Positions 1 through 10,826 of a DNA stretch of 64,000 nt are shown here, one piece after another (within the stretch, counting starts at the first letter, position 1; every line of letters starts with the position of its first letter). A model generated the notes under the pieces. That model was given only the letters and a program-made list of their open reading frames with translations, ran no database searches and had not been told where the DNA came from. Position numbers and translations under genes: made by a program. Origin of the DNA: Alphaproteobacteria bacterium (GTDB lineage Bacteria > Pseudomonadota > Alphaproteobacteria > Bin95); NCBI GenBank assembly GCA_963665325.3, contig OZ224045.1, positions 128,001 through 192,000 of the forward strand. The letters are read 5' to 3'.

Positions 1-303
1 GGTATTCCGCCGCTCGCCGGCTTCTTCGGCAAGTTTTACGTGTTCATGGCGGCGATCAATGCCGGGCTGGTAGCGCTGGCTGTCTTCGGCGTGCTCGCAA
101 GCGTTGTCGGCTGCTATTACTATCTGCGCATCGTGAAGGTGATGTATTTTGACGAAGCGGGAGAAGATATGGACCGCCCGTTGCCTTCGGAAATCGGAAT
201 CGTAGCGGGTTTGAGCGCCACGGTGGTCATCTTCTTCGTTGTCGTTCCGTGGACGATTACCGATTTTGCGGGTGTCGCCGCCAGCACACTCTTCGCCGGT
301 TGA
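1..303 (+). CDS. nuoN: NADH-quinone oxidoreductase subunit N, 3' part (runs in from the window start)
   Basis: Frame 1 reads GIPPLAGFFGKFYVF...SVVGCYYYLRIVKVMYF, the NuoN C-terminus; followed by birA as in alphaproteobacterial nuo operons. Confidence 0.93.
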   Translation, partial: GIPPLAGFFGKFYVFMAAINAGLVALAVFGVLASVVGCYYYLRIVKVMYFDEAGEDMDRPLPSEIGIVAGLSATVVIFFVVVPWTITDFAGVAASTLFAG

Positions 304-308
304 ACTAA

Positions 309-1031
309 GTGGTGGGCGCGGCGGACATCGACCTGTTCGCCTACTCGATTCTCGGCAGTACGAACGACGAAGCCAAACGTTTGGCTGGGTCGAAAACGCG
401 CGGACCGCTCGCAGTCTGGACGGCTGAACAGCCGGGCGGCCGGGGCCGAAGCGGACGCAATTGGACTGGGATCCGCGGCAACCTGATGGTGAGTCTGTTG
501 CTCCATCCCGACCGGGCGCCTGGCGAAGCCGGTTCCATGGCCCTTGTGGCCGGTCTTGCGGTCGCAGACTGTGCGTGGAGCTGGGGAAAGAACGCACGAA
601 TCAAATGGCCGAACGATGTTCTGCTGGAAGACGCCAAGCTGGCTGGCGTCCTGGTGGAAGCCGGTTCGAATGGCGGCAAGCTTGACTGGATGATCTTGGG
701 CATCGGACTCAATGTGGCCGAGGCGCCGGCGCTCGACCGCCCGACCGCGTGCATTGGCGCCGATGTTCCGGTCGAAGCGGCGCTGGAGCAGGTCGTCGAA
801 GCTGTGTTGCGGCGATACCGGGAGTGGCTGTACGGCGGCTTTAGAGCCGTGCGTGAAGAGTGGCTGGAGCGGGCGGCATGGCTTGGCCGGACCGTTCGGG
901 TCGGGGAGGGGCAGGGGGCGGTCGAGGGGATCATGCGGACAGTGGATCCGGACGGCTCGCTTGTCGTTTGTGACGCCACTGGAGTAGAACGCCGCCTCGC
1001 CGCCGGGGAAGTTTTCCCGCTGGAGGTCTGA
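309..1031 (+). CDS. birA: Biotin--acetyl-CoA-carboxylase ligase
   Basis: [19 protein letters not shown] and KLAGVL motifs. Confidence 0.95.
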   Translation: MVGAADIDLFAYSILGSTNDEAKRLAGSKTRGPLAVWTAEQPGGRGRSGRNWTGIRGNLMVSLLLHPDRAPGEAGSMALVAGLAVADCAWSWGKNARIKWPNDVLLEDAKLAGVLVEAGSNGGKLDWMILGIGLNVAEAPALDRPTACIGADVPVEAALEQVVEAVLRRYREWLYGGFRAVREEWLERAAWLGRTVRVGEGQGAVEGIMRTVDPDGSLVVCDATGVERRLAAGEVFPLEV

Positions 1032-1807
1032 TGCTGCTCGCGATCGACGCCGGCAATACCAATATCGTCTTCGCGGTCTACGACGGCGAGGAGCGCAAAG
1101 GCCTTTGGCGGGCCGGCAACGATCCACACCGAACGGCGGACGAGTACGCTGTTTGGCTGATGCAGTTGATGGAAATCGAAGGCGTCGATCCTCAAGCGGT
1201 AGAGGCCGCCATAGTGGCGACCGTCGTGCCTGCCTCTCTGTTCAATTTGCGTCGCTTGTGCCAGCGCTATTTCGGTGCTGTGCCGCTCATCATCGGCGAT
1301 CCGGAGATCGATCTGGGCATGACCGTGCGGGTGGACAATCCGGCAGAGGTCGGGGCTGACCGGATCGTAAACGCCGTTGCGGCGCACAGCGCCTATTCCG
1401 GCCCGTTGATTGTCATAGATTTCGGCACTGCAACCACATTCGATGTCGTCGATATCCGGGGCGATTACCGCGGTGGCGTGATCGCCCCGGGTGTGAATCT
1501 GTCGATGGAAGCGTTGCACCGGGCCGCCGCCAAACTGCCTCTGATCGCGGTTTGCCGGCCTGAGCGGGTGGTCGGCAGCAACACCGTAGCTGCCATGCAG
1601 TCGGGTATTTTCTGGGGCTATGTCAGTATGATCGAAGGTGTTGTGCAACGGATTGAACGGGAAACCGGCGAGTCGATGACGGTCGTTGCCACAGGCGGGT
1701 TGGCTCCCCTCTTCGCAGGCGCAACGGACGCCATTGGCCATATTGACAGCGATCTGACCCTTCGCGGCCTGCTTGAAGTCCACCGACGGAACGGGAGTGC
1801 CCCGTGA
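1031..1807 (+). CDS. coaX: Type III pantothenate kinase
   Basis: [31 protein letters not shown] motifs. Confidence 0.96.
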   Translation: MLLAIDAGNTNIVFAVYDGEERKGLWRAGNDPHRTADEYAVWLMQLMEIEGVDPQAVEAAIVATVVPASLFNLRRLCQRYFGAVPLIIGDPEIDLGMTVRVDNPAEVGADRIVNAVAAHSAYSGPLIVIDFGTATTFDVVDIRGDYRGGVIAPGVNLSMEALHRAAAKLPLIAVCRPERVVGSNTVAAMQSGIFWGYVSMIEGVVQRIERETGESMTVVATGGLAPLFAGATDAIGHIDSDLTLRGLLEVHRRNGSAP

Positions 1808-3489
1808 CGCGACTGCCGGTTCCTGCCGGGGATGAAATTCTGTTCGTCCCGCTCGGCGGCGTTGGGGACATCGGCATGAACTGCGCCCTCTACGGACACG
1901 CCGGACACTGGATTCTGGTGGACCTTGGCGTCATGTTCGGCGACGAGACGACACCCGGCATTGAGGTGATCGTTCCCGATACCGCCGCGGCGGAGGCGGT
2001 TCGGGACCGCCTTGACGCCATCGTCATCACCCATGCGCATGAAGACCATATCGGAGCCGTTCCGCATCTCTGGCCGGAGTTGGGAGCGCCAGTCCATGTC
2101 ACGCCGTTTTCCGCGGCATTCCTCCGGCGCAAGCTGCGGGACGAACGCGCGGAGGGGGAAGTGCCCATCGTCGAGCACAGGCCGGGCGAACGCTTTTCGG
2201 TCGGCCCGTTCGAGCTCGAATATCTGCCTTTGGCGCATTCGATCCCGGAACCGAACGCGCTGGTAATACGCACCGGGGCGGGCACGGTCTTCCACACCGG
2301 AGACTGGAAGCTGGACCCCGGACCGGTCGTCGGCGAACCGGTGGACGAAGGGATCTTCCGCCGCCTCGGTGACGAAGGCGTGGCAGCGATGATTTGCGAC
2401 TCGACCAATGCCACGATAGATGGCGCAAGCGGTTCCGAGGCCGACCTCCTGAGCAGTCTCACCGACCTGGTCGCCTTGAAGGGCAACCGGGTCGTATTCG
2501 CCTGTTTTGCGAGCAATGTAGCGCGGCTCGATACTGTGGCACGGGCCGTCGCCGCCAATGGCCGGTCTGCAGCGCTCGTGGGGCGCTCGTTGAAGCGCAT
2601 GGACGAGATAGCCCGCCAATGCGGCTATCTGGCAGATATTCCCGCCTTCGTCTCCGAGCAGCATGCCGGATACTTGCCGCGCTCGAATGCGGCAATGATT
2701 TGCACGGGAAGCCAGGGGGAACCGCGCGCCGCACTTGCGAGGATTGCGTCGGGGTCGCATCCGCATGTCGAACTGGAAAGCGGCGACACGCTTGTCTTCT
2801 CTTCCCGCACGATACCGGGCAATGAGCGGGCCGTGGCCAGGCTTCAGGAGCGTTTCGTGCGGATGGGTGTGGAGATCGTAACGTCGAAGGACGCATTCGT
2901 GCATGTGTCGGGACATCCGGGCCGCGATGAACTCCGCCGCATGTACGAGTGGATAAGGCCGAAGTCGGCAGTGCCGGTCCACGGCGAGTTTCACCATCTC
3001 CGCGCCCATGGTCGACTTGCGCGCGAATGCGGCGTCGGGACGGTTGCCGAGATCGAGGACGGTGTCCTGTTACGGATTTCAGAGGACAAGGTGGAACGTG
3101 TCGGGGAAATCCCGGTGGGGCGCCTTGGCCTCGATGGCGGTCGCCTTGTGCCCCTCGATTCCGAGCATGTCCGGGCGCGCAAGCGTCTATCCGAGCAGGG
3201 TTTCGTTACGGGGTCGATTGTGCTGAACGGCCGGGGCAAGGTCCTCGCTGCGCCGCGTGTGTCCAGCCGGGGCATTGTGGCCGATGACGAGGTTCAGGGT
3301 CTTACCTCGGAGTTGGCAGACCGCGGTGCCCATGCTCTCGAAAGGCTGAGCGCCAAGCAGCGCCGCGACGACGACACCGTGGAGGACGCGGTAAGGACGG
3401 CCATGCGCCGGCATGTCCGGGCAAACTACGGTCGCCGGCCGCTTGTTGAAGTCCATGTCATGCGTATCGATGGAGGACAATCCGGATGA
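1804..3489 (+). CDS. rnj: Ribonuclease J
   Basis: [33 protein letters not shown] metallo-beta-lactamase/beta-CASP motifs. Confidence 0.95.
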   Translation: MTRLPVPAGDEILFVPLGGVGDIGMNCALYGHAGHWILVDLGVMFGDETTPGIEVIVPDTAAAEAVRDRLDAIVITHAHEDHIGAVPHLWPELGAPVHVTPFSAAFLRRKLRDERAEGEVPIVEHRPGERFSVGPFELEYLPLAHSIPEPNALVIRTGAGTVFHTGDWKLDPGPVVGEPVDEGIFRRLGDEGVAAMICDSTNATIDGASGSEADLLSSLTDLVALKGNRVVFACFASNVARLDTVARAVAANGRSAALVGRSLKRMDEIARQCGYLADIPAFVSEQHAGYLPRSNAAMICTGSQGEPRAALARIASGSHPHVELESGDTLVFSSRTIPGNERAVARLQERFVRMGVEIVTSKDAFVHVSGHPGRDELRRMYEWIRPKSAVPVHGEFHHLRAHGRLARECGVGTVAEIEDGVLLRISEDKVERVGEIPVGRLGLDGGRLVPLDSEHVRARKRLSEQGFVTGSIVLNGRGKVLAAPRVSSRGIVADDEVQGLTSELADRGAHALERLSAKQRRDDDTVEDAVRTAMRRHVRANYGRRPLVEVHVMRIDGGQSG

Positions 3490-3890
3490 TCGGCCGTTTG
3501 AACCATGTCGCCATCGCGGTGCCGGACCTGGACACTGGCGCACGCGTATATCGCGGGTCGCTCGGAGCGCACGTCTCGGCTCCCCAAGCCCTTCCGGAGC
3601 ACGGCGTCACCGTTGTCTTCGTCGAACTGCTCAACGCCAAGATCGAACTGCTGGAGCCGTTGGGGGAGAAGTCGCCGATTGCGGGTTTCCTGGACAAGAA
3701 TCCCGCCGGCGGCATGCATCACATCTGTTATGAAGTGGACGATATCCTGGCTGCGCGGGACCGGCTGACGGAAGCCGGCGCCCGGGTTCTGGGAACCGGT
3801 GAGCCGGCCATCGGCGCGCATGGCAAGCCGGTCCTGTTCCTGCATCCGAAGGATTTCTGCGGCACGCTGATCGAGATCGAGCAGGCCTGA
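3486..3890 (+). CDS. mce: Methylmalonyl-CoA epimerase
   Basis: [38 protein letters not shown]...LIELEQ-type motifs. Confidence 0.95.
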   Translation: MIGRLNHVAIAVPDLDTGARVYRGSLGAHVSAPQALPEHGVTVVFVELLNAKIELLEPLGEKSPIAGFLDKNPAGGMHHICYEVDDILAARDRLTEAGARVLGTGEPAIGAHGKPVLFLHPKDFCGTLIEIEQA

Positions 3891-4126
3891 TGTCCTGGCT
3901 CTCCGGTGTTGTTGTCTTTGTCATCGTCTGGTGGCTGGTGTTCTTCATGACGCTGCCGGTCGGCGTACGGCGGGCGGGGGAGGTCGAGCGAGGCAACGAC
4001 CCCGGGGCGCCGGAGAGGGCCAGGCTCGGCCTCAAGGCGGCTGTGACCACGGTGATCGCCAGCCTGCTTACTCTTCTCGTTTTCCTGCTAATCGACAGCG
4101 AATGGTTTACATTCCGCAAGTTGTGA
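3890..4126 (+). CDS. DUF1467-family small membrane protein
   Basis: WWLVFFMTLPVG...G.DPGAP pattern; usual position between mce and proS. Confidence 0.85.
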   Translation: MSWLSGVVVFVIVWWLVFFMTLPVGVRRAGEVERGNDPGAPERARLGLKAAVTTVIASLLTLLVFLLIDSEWFTFRKL

Positions 4127-4133
4127 TGCCGCG

Positions 4134-4688
4134 ATGAGCTATTGCACGACTGCCCCCGGCCATCCTTGGCATGGCCCCTACCACGACGACGAATACGGCT
4201 TTCCGACGCGCGACGACGCCGTGCTGTTCGAGCGGCTGGCGCTGGAGATCAACCAAGCGGGCCTTTCCTGGTTGACGGTGCTGAAGAAGCGGGAGGCTTT
4301 CTTCGACGCATTTCGCGGCTTCGACCCCAAGATGGTCGCCAGGTTTGACGACGACGACCGGGAGCGACTGCTCGGTGACGCGAGCATCATCCGCAACCGC
4401 CTGAAGGTGGCTGCCGTCATCGAGAACGCGCGCCGGGTCGTGGCTATTCAAGACGAGTACGGCTCCTTTGCCTCCTGGCTTGATGAACACCATCCGCTTC
4501 CGAAGGAAGACTGGGTCAGGCTTTTCAAGAGCAGTTTCAAGTTCATGGGCGGAGAGATCGTGGGCGAGTTCCTCATGAGCACGGGCTATCTGCCCGGCGC
4601 GCACGAACCAGGCTGTTCGGTGCATGCCCGGATTGCCGGTCTCGCCCCGCCCTGGATGCGCAAGACCGGCGTTCCAACAGACTGTTGA
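4134..4688 (+). CDS. tag: DNA-3-methyladenine glycosylase I
   Basis: YHDDEYG, LFERLALEINQAGLSWLTVLKKR, IIRNRLK, H..GC motifs. Confidence 0.93.
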   Translation: MSYCTTAPGHPWHGPYHDDEYGFPTRDDAVLFERLALEINQAGLSWLTVLKKREAFFDAFRGFDPKMVARFDDDDRERLLGDASIIRNRLKVAAVIENARRVVAIQDEYGSFASWLDEHHPLPKEDWVRLFKSSFKFMGGEIVGEFLMSTGYLPGAHEPGCSVHARIAGLAPPWMRKTGVPTDC

Positions 4689-4751
4689 ATGCCCGAGCGG
4701 ACGCGGTAGATTGGCGCCGCTTTCCGCGACCGTGAATCGAGCTTCCTGCCC

Positions 4752-6068
4752 ATGCGCCGCACCCGCCTTTTCCTGCCGACATTGAAGGACGTGCCCGCGG
4801 AGGCGCAGATCGTCTCGCACCGCCTCATGCTGCGCGCGGGCATGGTCCAGCAGGCTTCTGCCGGCATCTATTCGTGGCTGCCGCTCGGTTTTCGTGTCCT
4901 GAAGAAGATCGAACAGGTCGTCCGCGAGGAGCAGGACCGGGCGGGGGCCCAGGAAGTGCTGATGCCGACGGTGCAGTCGGCGGACCTCTGGCGCCGCTCG
5001 GGCCGCTATGACGACTACGGCCCGGAAATGCTGCGTATCCGGGACCGGCACGATCGCGACATGCTGTACGGGCCGACCAACGAGGAACAGATCACTGAAA
5101 TCTTCGCGACCCATATCCGCAGTTACCGCGACCTGCCCAAGATGCTCTACCACATCCAGTGGAAGTTCCGGGACGAGGTCAGGCCCCGTTTCGGCGTGAT
5201 GCGCGGGCGCGAGTTCCTGATGAAGGACAACTACTCCTTCGACCTCGACTTCGAATCCGCGCGTCTCTCCTACAACAAGATGTTCGTCTCCTATCTCAGG
5301 ACCTTCGCCCGGCTCGGCCTGAAGGCCGTGCCGATGGAAGCGGAGTCGGGTCCCATCGGCGGCAATCTCAGCCACGAGTTCCTGATCCTCGCGGACACCG
5401 GCGAAAGCAGCGTCTGGTGCGACCGCGACTGCGTCGAGTTCGACATGCTCGGCCGCGCCGTCGATTACGAGGACCCGGACGCCGTCGGGGCCGTGGTCGA
5501 GGAGTTCACCCGACCCTATGCGCGCACGGACGAAAAGCACGATCCCGCCGCCTTCGAGGCCGAAGTGCCGGCCGAGCGGCGCTATGTCGGGCGTGGCATC
5601 GAGGTCGGCCATATCTTCTATTTCGGCGCCAAATATTCCGAGCCGCTCGGCGCCAGCGTTACAACCGCCGGGGGCGAAGAGGTTCCGGTGCATATGGGTT
5701 CCTACGGCGTCGGCGTTTCGCGGCTGGCGGGCGCGGTTATCGAGGCGAGCCACGACGACCAGGGCATCGTCTGGCCGGAGTCGGTTGCGCCCTACGGGGT
5801 CGGGATCGTCAATCTGCGCCAGGGCGATGCGCGCTGCGACGGCGCCTGCGAAGACCTTTACGCCAAACTTGTGCATCGGGAGCCGCTCTATGACGACCGC
5901 CCGGAGCGGGCCGGAGTGAAGTTCGCCGACATGGACCTGATCGGCCTGCCCTGGCAGGTGATCGTCGGCCCGCGCGGCCTCGACAAGGGAAGCGTCGAGC
6001 TCAAATGCCGCGCCACCGGCGAGCGCGAGGAGATTTCGCTGGAGTCGGCATTGGCGCGGCTCGCCTGA
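4752..6068 (+). CDS. proS: Proline--tRNA ligase (short alphaproteobacterial type)
   Basis: [45 protein letters not shown] motifs. Confidence 0.97.
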   Translation: MRRTRLFLPTLKDVPAEAQIVSHRLMLRAGMVQQASAGIYSWLPLGFRVLKKIEQVVREEQDRAGAQEVLMPTVQSADLWRRSGRYDDYGPEMLRIRDRHDRDMLYGPTNEEQITEIFATHIRSYRDLPKMLYHIQWKFRDEVRPRFGVMRGREFLMKDNYSFDLDFESARLSYNKMFVSYLRTFARLGLKAVPMEAESGPIGGNLSHEFLILADTGESSVWCDRDCVEFDMLGRAVDYEDPDAVGAVVEEFTRPYARTDEKHDPAAFEAEVPAERRYVGRGIEVGHIFYFGAKYSEPLGASVTTAGGEEVPVHMGSYGVGVSRLAGAVIEASHDDQGIVWPESVAPYGVGIVNLRQGDARCDGACEDLYAKLVHREPLYDDRPERAGVKFADMDLIGLPWQVIVGPRGLDKGSVELKCRATGEREEISLESALARLA

Positions 6069-7315
6069 TGTTTTCGGCGTTCGAGCGGACCGTCGCTTTC
6101 CGCTATCTGCGCGCCCGGCGGCAGGAAGGGTTCATTTCGCTGATTGCGATCATCTCCTTGATCGGGATTGCGCTCGGCGTGGCGACCCTGATCGTCGTGA
6201 TGTCGGTTATGAACGGCTTTCGCGCCGAACTGTTCGAGCGCGTGCTGGGCCTCAACGGGCATATCGCGGTGATGGCGATAGATCGCGGCCCGCTCGGCGA
6301 TTTCGACAAGCTCACCGGAGAGGTGCGGTCGGTCGACGGGGTGACCAGCGCTCATCCTTCGGTCGAAGGGCAGGCGATGATCGTGCGCGACGGCAATGCC
6401 TCAGGCGTGCTTGCGCGCGGCATCAGGGCGGAGGATCTGCGCTCGCTTACCATCATCACCGACAATCTGCGTTCCGGGGCACTCGATGCTTTCGGAGACC
6501 TGTCGGGCGTTGTGCTCGGCGACCGCCTGGCCGCCCGACTCGGAGTCGGGCCTGGCGCCCGAATCTCTATGGTGGCGCCGAAAGGCAATGCCGGACCGTT
6601 CGGCGCCATGCCCCGGACCAAGGCATTTCGCGTGCTCGCGACCTTCCATGTCGGCATGTACGAATACGACAACACCTATGCCTATATGCCGCTCGAAACC
6701 GCGCAACGCTTCTTCAAGCTCGGCGACGGCGTCACCAATATCGAGGTGTCGACGGCCGATCCGGAGAACGTGCGGGAGGTGGGCGCGCGCATCCTCGCGG
6801 CAACCGATCCCGGCGTGCAGGTGTTCGACTGGCGCCAGTCGAATGCGAGCTTCGTCAACGCTCTGGAGGTCGAGCGGAACGTCATGTTCCTCATCCTCAC
6901 CCTCATCATCATGGTGGCGGCGTTCAACGTGCTTTCCAGCATGATCATGCTGGTGAAGGACAAGGCGCGCGATATCGCGATCCTGCGCGCCATCGGTTCG
7001 ACGCGCGGCTCGATGATGCGCATTTTCTTCCTCACCGGGTCGTCCATCGGCGTGATCGGCACCGGCGTCGGCTTCGGACTCGGCCTCGCCTGTGCGACGA
7101 ACATCGAGCGCCTGCGCCGGTGGGTCGAGAGCTTCACCGGGACGGACCTGTTCCAGGCGGAGATCTATTTCCTTTCCAGATTGCCGGCCAAGGTGGACTC
7201 GACCGAGGTGGCGGCGGTGGTCGCGATAAGTCTGGTGCTTTCGGTCCTGGCGCCGCTCTATCCTTGCTGGCGGGCGGCGCGGCAGGACCCGGCGGATGCG
7301 CTGCGCTATGAGTAG
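6068..7315 (+). CDS. lolE: Lipoprotein-releasing ABC transporter permease LolC/E
   Basis: AFRYLR, GIALGVATLIVVMSVMNGF, AAFNVLSSMIMLVKDK, PADALRYE; ATG at 6068 overlaps the proS stop. Confidence 0.93.
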   Translation: MFSAFERTVAFRYLRARRQEGFISLIAIISLIGIALGVATLIVVMSVMNGFRAELFERVLGLNGHIAVMAIDRGPLGDFDKLTGEVRSVDGVTSAHPSVEGQAMIVRDGNASGVLARGIRAEDLRSLTIITDNLRSGALDAFGDLSGVVLGDRLAARLGVGPGARISMVAPKGNAGPFGAMPRTKAFRVLATFHVGMYEYDNTYAYMPLETAQRFFKLGDGVTNIEVSTADPENVREVGARILAATDPGVQVFDWRQSNASFVNALEVERNVMFLILTLIIMVAAFNVLSSMIMLVKDKARDIAILRAIGSTRGSMMRIFFLTGSSIGVIGTGVGFGLGLACATNIERLRRWVESFTGTDLFQAEIYFLSRLPAKVDSTEVAAVVAISLVLSVLAPLYPCWRAARQDPADALRYE

Positions 7316-7997
7316 GGCGGCGCTGGAGCTCGATGGCGTGCAGCGCACTTTCGTGCAGGGCGATACGAGGCTGCCGGTGTTGCGGCGCATCGACCTCACC
7401 GTGTCGGAGGGCGAAACCGTCGCGCTGATCGGGCCTTCGGGTTCCGGCAAGACGACGCTGCTCCAGATCGCCGGCCTGCTGGACCCGCCCGATGCGGGCG
7501 AGGTGCGGATCTGCGGCGAGAGCGCCTCCGGCCTCAGCGACAGGAAGCTGAGCGCCATGCGGGCGCGCCATCTGGGCTTCGTCTTCCAGTTTCACCAATT
7601 GCTGGCCGAGTTCTCGGCCCGCGAGAATCTGGTGATCCCGCAGCTGGTCACCGGGCGGTCGAAGCGCGAAGCGCGGAGGCGGGCAGACGCGCTGCTCGCC
7701 ATGGTCGGCCTGTCGAACCGGGCCAGCCACCGTCCGGCCCGGCTCTCGGGCGGCGAACAGCAGCGCGTCGCTATCGCGCGGGCCACAGCGAACGGGCCGC
7801 GCCTCCTGTTGGCCGACGAGCCGACGGGCAACCTCGACGAAGCCAATGGGCGCCTCGTCATCCGGACCTTTCTGGAACTGGCGCGCGAAGCCGGCGTCGC
7901 CGCTCTCGTCGCCACACACAATATCGGCCTCGCCCGCCAGCTCGACCGCATCGTCAGGCTGGAGGACGGAGCGCTGCATGAGGACTCAGCCGACTAG
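7308..7997 (+). CDS. lolD: Lipoprotein-releasing ABC transporter ATPase
   Basis: GPSGSGKT, LSGGEQQRVAIARA, LLADEPTGNLD; follows lolC/E. Confidence 0.92.
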   Translation: MSRAALELDGVQRTFVQGDTRLPVLRRIDLTVSEGETVALIGPSGSGKTTLLQIAGLLDPPDAGEVRICGESASGLSDRKLSAMRARHLGFVFQFHQLLAEFSARENLVIPQLVTGRSKREARRRADALLAMVGLSNRASHRPARLSGGEQQRVAIARATANGPRLLLADEPTGNLDEANGRLVIRTFLELAREAGVAALVATHNIGLARQLDRIVRLEDGALHEDSAD

Positions 7998-8822
7998 GGC
8001 ACGGTGCATGACCCGCTCCCGGGCGGGGTCGTAGTCGTGCCGGACCATGTGCATCGCCTGGGCATTGTCCCAGATCAGCACGTCGCCGGGGCGCCAGCGG
8101 TGGCGGTAAACGAACCGGTCCTGCTCGCAATGCGCGACCAGCCGGTCCATCAGCGCCTGCGAGGAGGCGGCGTCCATGCCGTCGAAGCGCTCGATGCGGA
8201 TCGGGTTGAAGTAGAGAGCCTTGCGGCCGCTGGCCGGATGGGGCCGAACCAGCGGATGGCGCGCGCTCGGCGCCTCGCGTTCCTCGTCCGGCGTCATCGT
8301 CGCCATGCGGCGCGGCGCATAGCGGCTGTTATAGACATGGTGGCCGACAAGCGGGTCCACCTCCCGGCGCGCGGCGTCGTCCAGCGCCTCATAGGCGGCG
8401 CGCTGGTTCGTGAAACTCGTGTCGCCGCCTTTGTCCGGCAGCCGGATCGCGCGCAGGATCGTGCCCCGGGGCGGGGCGGGCAGGTGCGAATGGTCGGTGT
8501 GCCAGGTGCCGCCGACATTGAGTGGCTTGTTGTCTCCCAGCGTGTCGCGGTGCCGGTTGGAAAGCAGGCGGATGAGCGGGAATCCCTCGACCCGGTATTC
8601 CGGCCGCTGCACCGGTTGCGGGACGTTTTCGCCGAAGAGGCCCGCAAGCCGCATGAAGCCCGCCTCGTCCATGACCATGTCGCGGAACACCAGCACGACC
8701 CGGTCGGTCCAGGCTTCCTGCAACCGCCGGCGTGCTTCTTCGTCCGCGCCGTCGCGCGCAATGTCGAATCCCAGCACCTCGGCGCCGATCACCCCCGGCA
8801 GCGGGCGTATCTCGAAAGACAT
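7986..8822 (-). CDS. TauD/TfdA family Fe(II)/2-oxoglutarate dioxygenase
   Basis: WHTDHS (HxD), GGDTSF, HPLVRPHP, WDN..AMH, RVMHR; start could be 8831. Confidence 0.9.
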   Translation of the reverse strand: MSFEIRPLPGVIGAEVLGFDIARDGADEEARRRLQEAWTDRVVLVFRDMVMDEAGFMRLAGLFGENVPQPVQRPEYRVEGFPLIRLLSNRHRDTLGDNKPLNVGGTWHTDHSHLPAPPRGTILRAIRLPDKGGDTSFTNQRAAYEALDDAARREVDPLVGHHVYNSRYAPRRMATMTPDEEREAPSARHPLVRPHPASGRKALYFNPIRIERFDGMDAASSQALMDRLVAHCEQDRFVYRHRWRPGDVLIWDNAQAMHMVRHDYDPARERVMHRALVG

Positions 8823-8844
8823 GGCAGCCATTCTCCTTTCCGGG

Positions 8845-9633
8845 TCAGATGCCCCTGATGTTCGGCGTGCGTCGTTCCCGCCAGGCGCTGTGGGCTTCTT
8901 CCTTGTCTTCGGTCAATTCCAGCGTCATGAACCGGTAAAGGTCAACGAGGGCGGCGTCCTTGAGGTTCGGGATGTCCATGCCGCGGTTGAGCGATTCCTT
9001 GGTGAGCCGGACGGCCAGCGGCGGCAGCGCGGCGACATGCTCGGCCACTTCCATCGCCTTGCCCATCAGCTCTTCATGCGGAACCAGCCACTGGGCAAGG
9101 CCGATGCGGTGCGCCTCTTCGCCGTCGAGCGGAAAGCCCATGGCAAGCCGCATGGCGAGGCCCTTGCCGACAAGCCGCGCCAGACGCACCGAGCCGCCAT
9201 AGGCGGGCAGGATACCGAGCGCCGTCTGCGGCAGGCGCCATTCCGCCCGGTCGCCGGCCACGACGAGGTCGCAGCAGAAGGTCAGGATGCAGCCGATCCC
9301 GATGGCGTAGCCGTTGACCGCGGCGACGATCGGCTTCGGGAAGTCCATGAAGACATCGAACGGAAAGCGCTCCCGCTTCGACAAATTCTTGACGAACTCG
9401 GCAACCGGCGGCATCGCATGAGTGTTCGGGTCCTTCAGGTTGGCCCCGGCGGAAAAGGCGCGCCCGTCCTCGTCGCCGGTCACCACCACCGCGCGTACGC
9501 TGTCATCGTCCGCCCATCGGGGAAAGCATTCGGCGATGCCGTCGTAGAAGTCCTGCCCCCAGGCGCTGCGGGCCTCCGGGCGGCTCAACGTCGCAAGTGC
9601 GACATGACCGTGTTGTTCGACGATAAAGGGCAT
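8845..9633 (-). CDS. Enoyl-CoA hydratase/isomerase family protein
   Basis: AFSAGANL, KPIVAAVNGYAIGIG, LGILPAYGG motifs; start taken at MPFIVEQ. Confidence 0.92.
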   Translation of the reverse strand: MPFIVEQHGHVALATLSRPEARSAWGQDFYDGIAECFPRWADDDSVRAVVVTGDEDGRAFSAGANLKDPNTHAMPPVAEFVKNLSKRERFPFDVFMDFPKPIVAAVNGYAIGIGCILTFCCDLVVAGDRAEWRLPQTALGILPAYGGSVRLARLVGKGLAMRLAMGFPLDGEEAHRIGLAQWLVPHEELMGKAMEVAEHVAALPPLAVRLTKESLNRGMDIPNLKDAALVDLYRFMTLELTEDKEEAHSAWRERRTPNIRGI

Positions 9634-9769
9634 GCGGGTTGTCTCCTCGGGGCCTGCTTTCATGCTACGGGGCGGCTGGCGCGGCAGCAATGCGCGCTTG
9701 CCGTGAGGGGCGCCGGGTGGCGGACGCCGACTCCGCCGCCGTCGCCGACCGCCGGCATTACGCCCGCGC

Positions 9770-9802
9770 TTGACATTCCTCTCGTAAGTTCTATATATGT
9801 TC
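9770..9802 (+). promoter_or_regulatory. Sigma70-type promoter overlapped by an alphaproteobacterial LexA (SOS) box
   Basis: TTGACA at 9770-9775; AT-rich -10 region at about 9792-9799; GTTC-TATATAT-GTTC (GTTC-N7-GTTC) at 9788-9802. Confidence 0.7.
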
Positions 9803-9996
9803 TCATAAAGCCCCAACGGAGCGAAAGAGGCATGATCTGGACCTGACAGGCTATCGGAGCCGCGCAAGCCGCCTTTTCCTGACCTCCGCCGTGAACCGGC
9901 CGCTCCGCGGCGACAAGAGGCGAGGTCGGCCCGGCGGCCGGCTGTCGCGGTCTGCCTGACCCGCCGGAGGACCGGAAAATCGATCTCGGGTTGAAC

Positions 9997-10039
9997 GTTT
10001 ACGGAGGCCGCGTGGGCGCGGTTGTTTACGGAGGCCGCG
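9997..10039 (+). repeat. 16-bp direct repeat GTTTACGGAGGCCGCG, two copies
   Basis: Exact copies at 9997-10012 and 10024-10039, just upstream of the HTH ORF. Confidence 0.85.
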
Positions 10040-10061
10040 CAGGCGCGGCGCAGGAGAAGCG

Positions 10062-10496
10062 ATGGCGAGGGAATCGGCAGGCGGGCCTGCGGGCGCGCTT
10101 CGGCGGCCGGGGCAGGGCCGTCCGGTCGGCGAGGAGCTGCGAAGCCGGGCGGTGGCGGCGGTGTTGGAGGAGGGCATGAGCGCCTCCGCTGCGGCCCGGC
10201 GGTTCGGGATAGCGAGAACCAGCGTCTGCCGCTGGGTGAAGCGCTTTTGCGAGCACGGCCATGTGCGGCGCGAGCGCATGGGCGGCAGCGCCTCGCGGAT
10301 CGAGCCGGAAGGGGAGCGGATCCTTCGCATCCTCGAGGCGCGCCCGGCGATTTCCATGTACGGGCTGCGCGACGCGCTCGCCGCCGAGGGCCTATCGTTC
10401 CACGCGGCCACGGTGCAGAACTTCCTCAAGCGCCACGGACTGGAGCGCGAACGCCGCCTCGCCCGTCGCGGGCGGAAGCGGTGGACCGAACGATAG
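10062..10496 (+). CDS. Stand-alone HTH protein resembling the IS630 transposase N-terminal (OrfA) region
   Basis: ELRSRAVAAVLEEGMSASAAARRFGIARTSVCRWVKRF...MGG pattern, similar to the IS630 OrfA at 37287-37706; no DDE half or slippery A-run seen downstream. Confidence 0.7.
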   Translation: MARESAGGPAGALRRPGQGRPVGEELRSRAVAAVLEEGMSASAAARRFGIARTSVCRWVKRFCEHGHVRRERMGGSASRIEPEGERILRILEARPAISMYGLRDALAAEGLSFHAATVQNFLKRHGLERERRLARRGRKRWTER

Positions 10497-10826
10497 CGTC
10501 CCGCTCCCCTCCCGCCCGGCGGACTACCGCATGCACGCATCCCGTTCGAGCTTGAGCCCGGTGCGCCCGTTGCCCCGGCAACGCCGCGAAGCCGGGGCCG
10601 CCCTGGTACCCCTGTATCACCCCAGTCCCCCGAGCCGGTGTCCAGCCCCGCCGGAGCGGCCTCTTGCTGCAGTGCGAAGCTGGGGCCCGGATCAAGTGTA
10701 AGCGTCCGGCCTCACCGCACCGGCGCGATTTGGCGTTAGCTTCACGGTCTTCCAGGCGGCGGATGCGTTCGCGTCTCCACCAATGCACATCCGCCCGCTG
10801 GCCACAGGCGGGGCGGTGTGCGCGAG

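Noticed and set aside
10700-10790. RERIRRLEDRE peptide resembling an IS3 OrfA leucine zipper
   Set aside because: Too short, with no other IS3 features nearby
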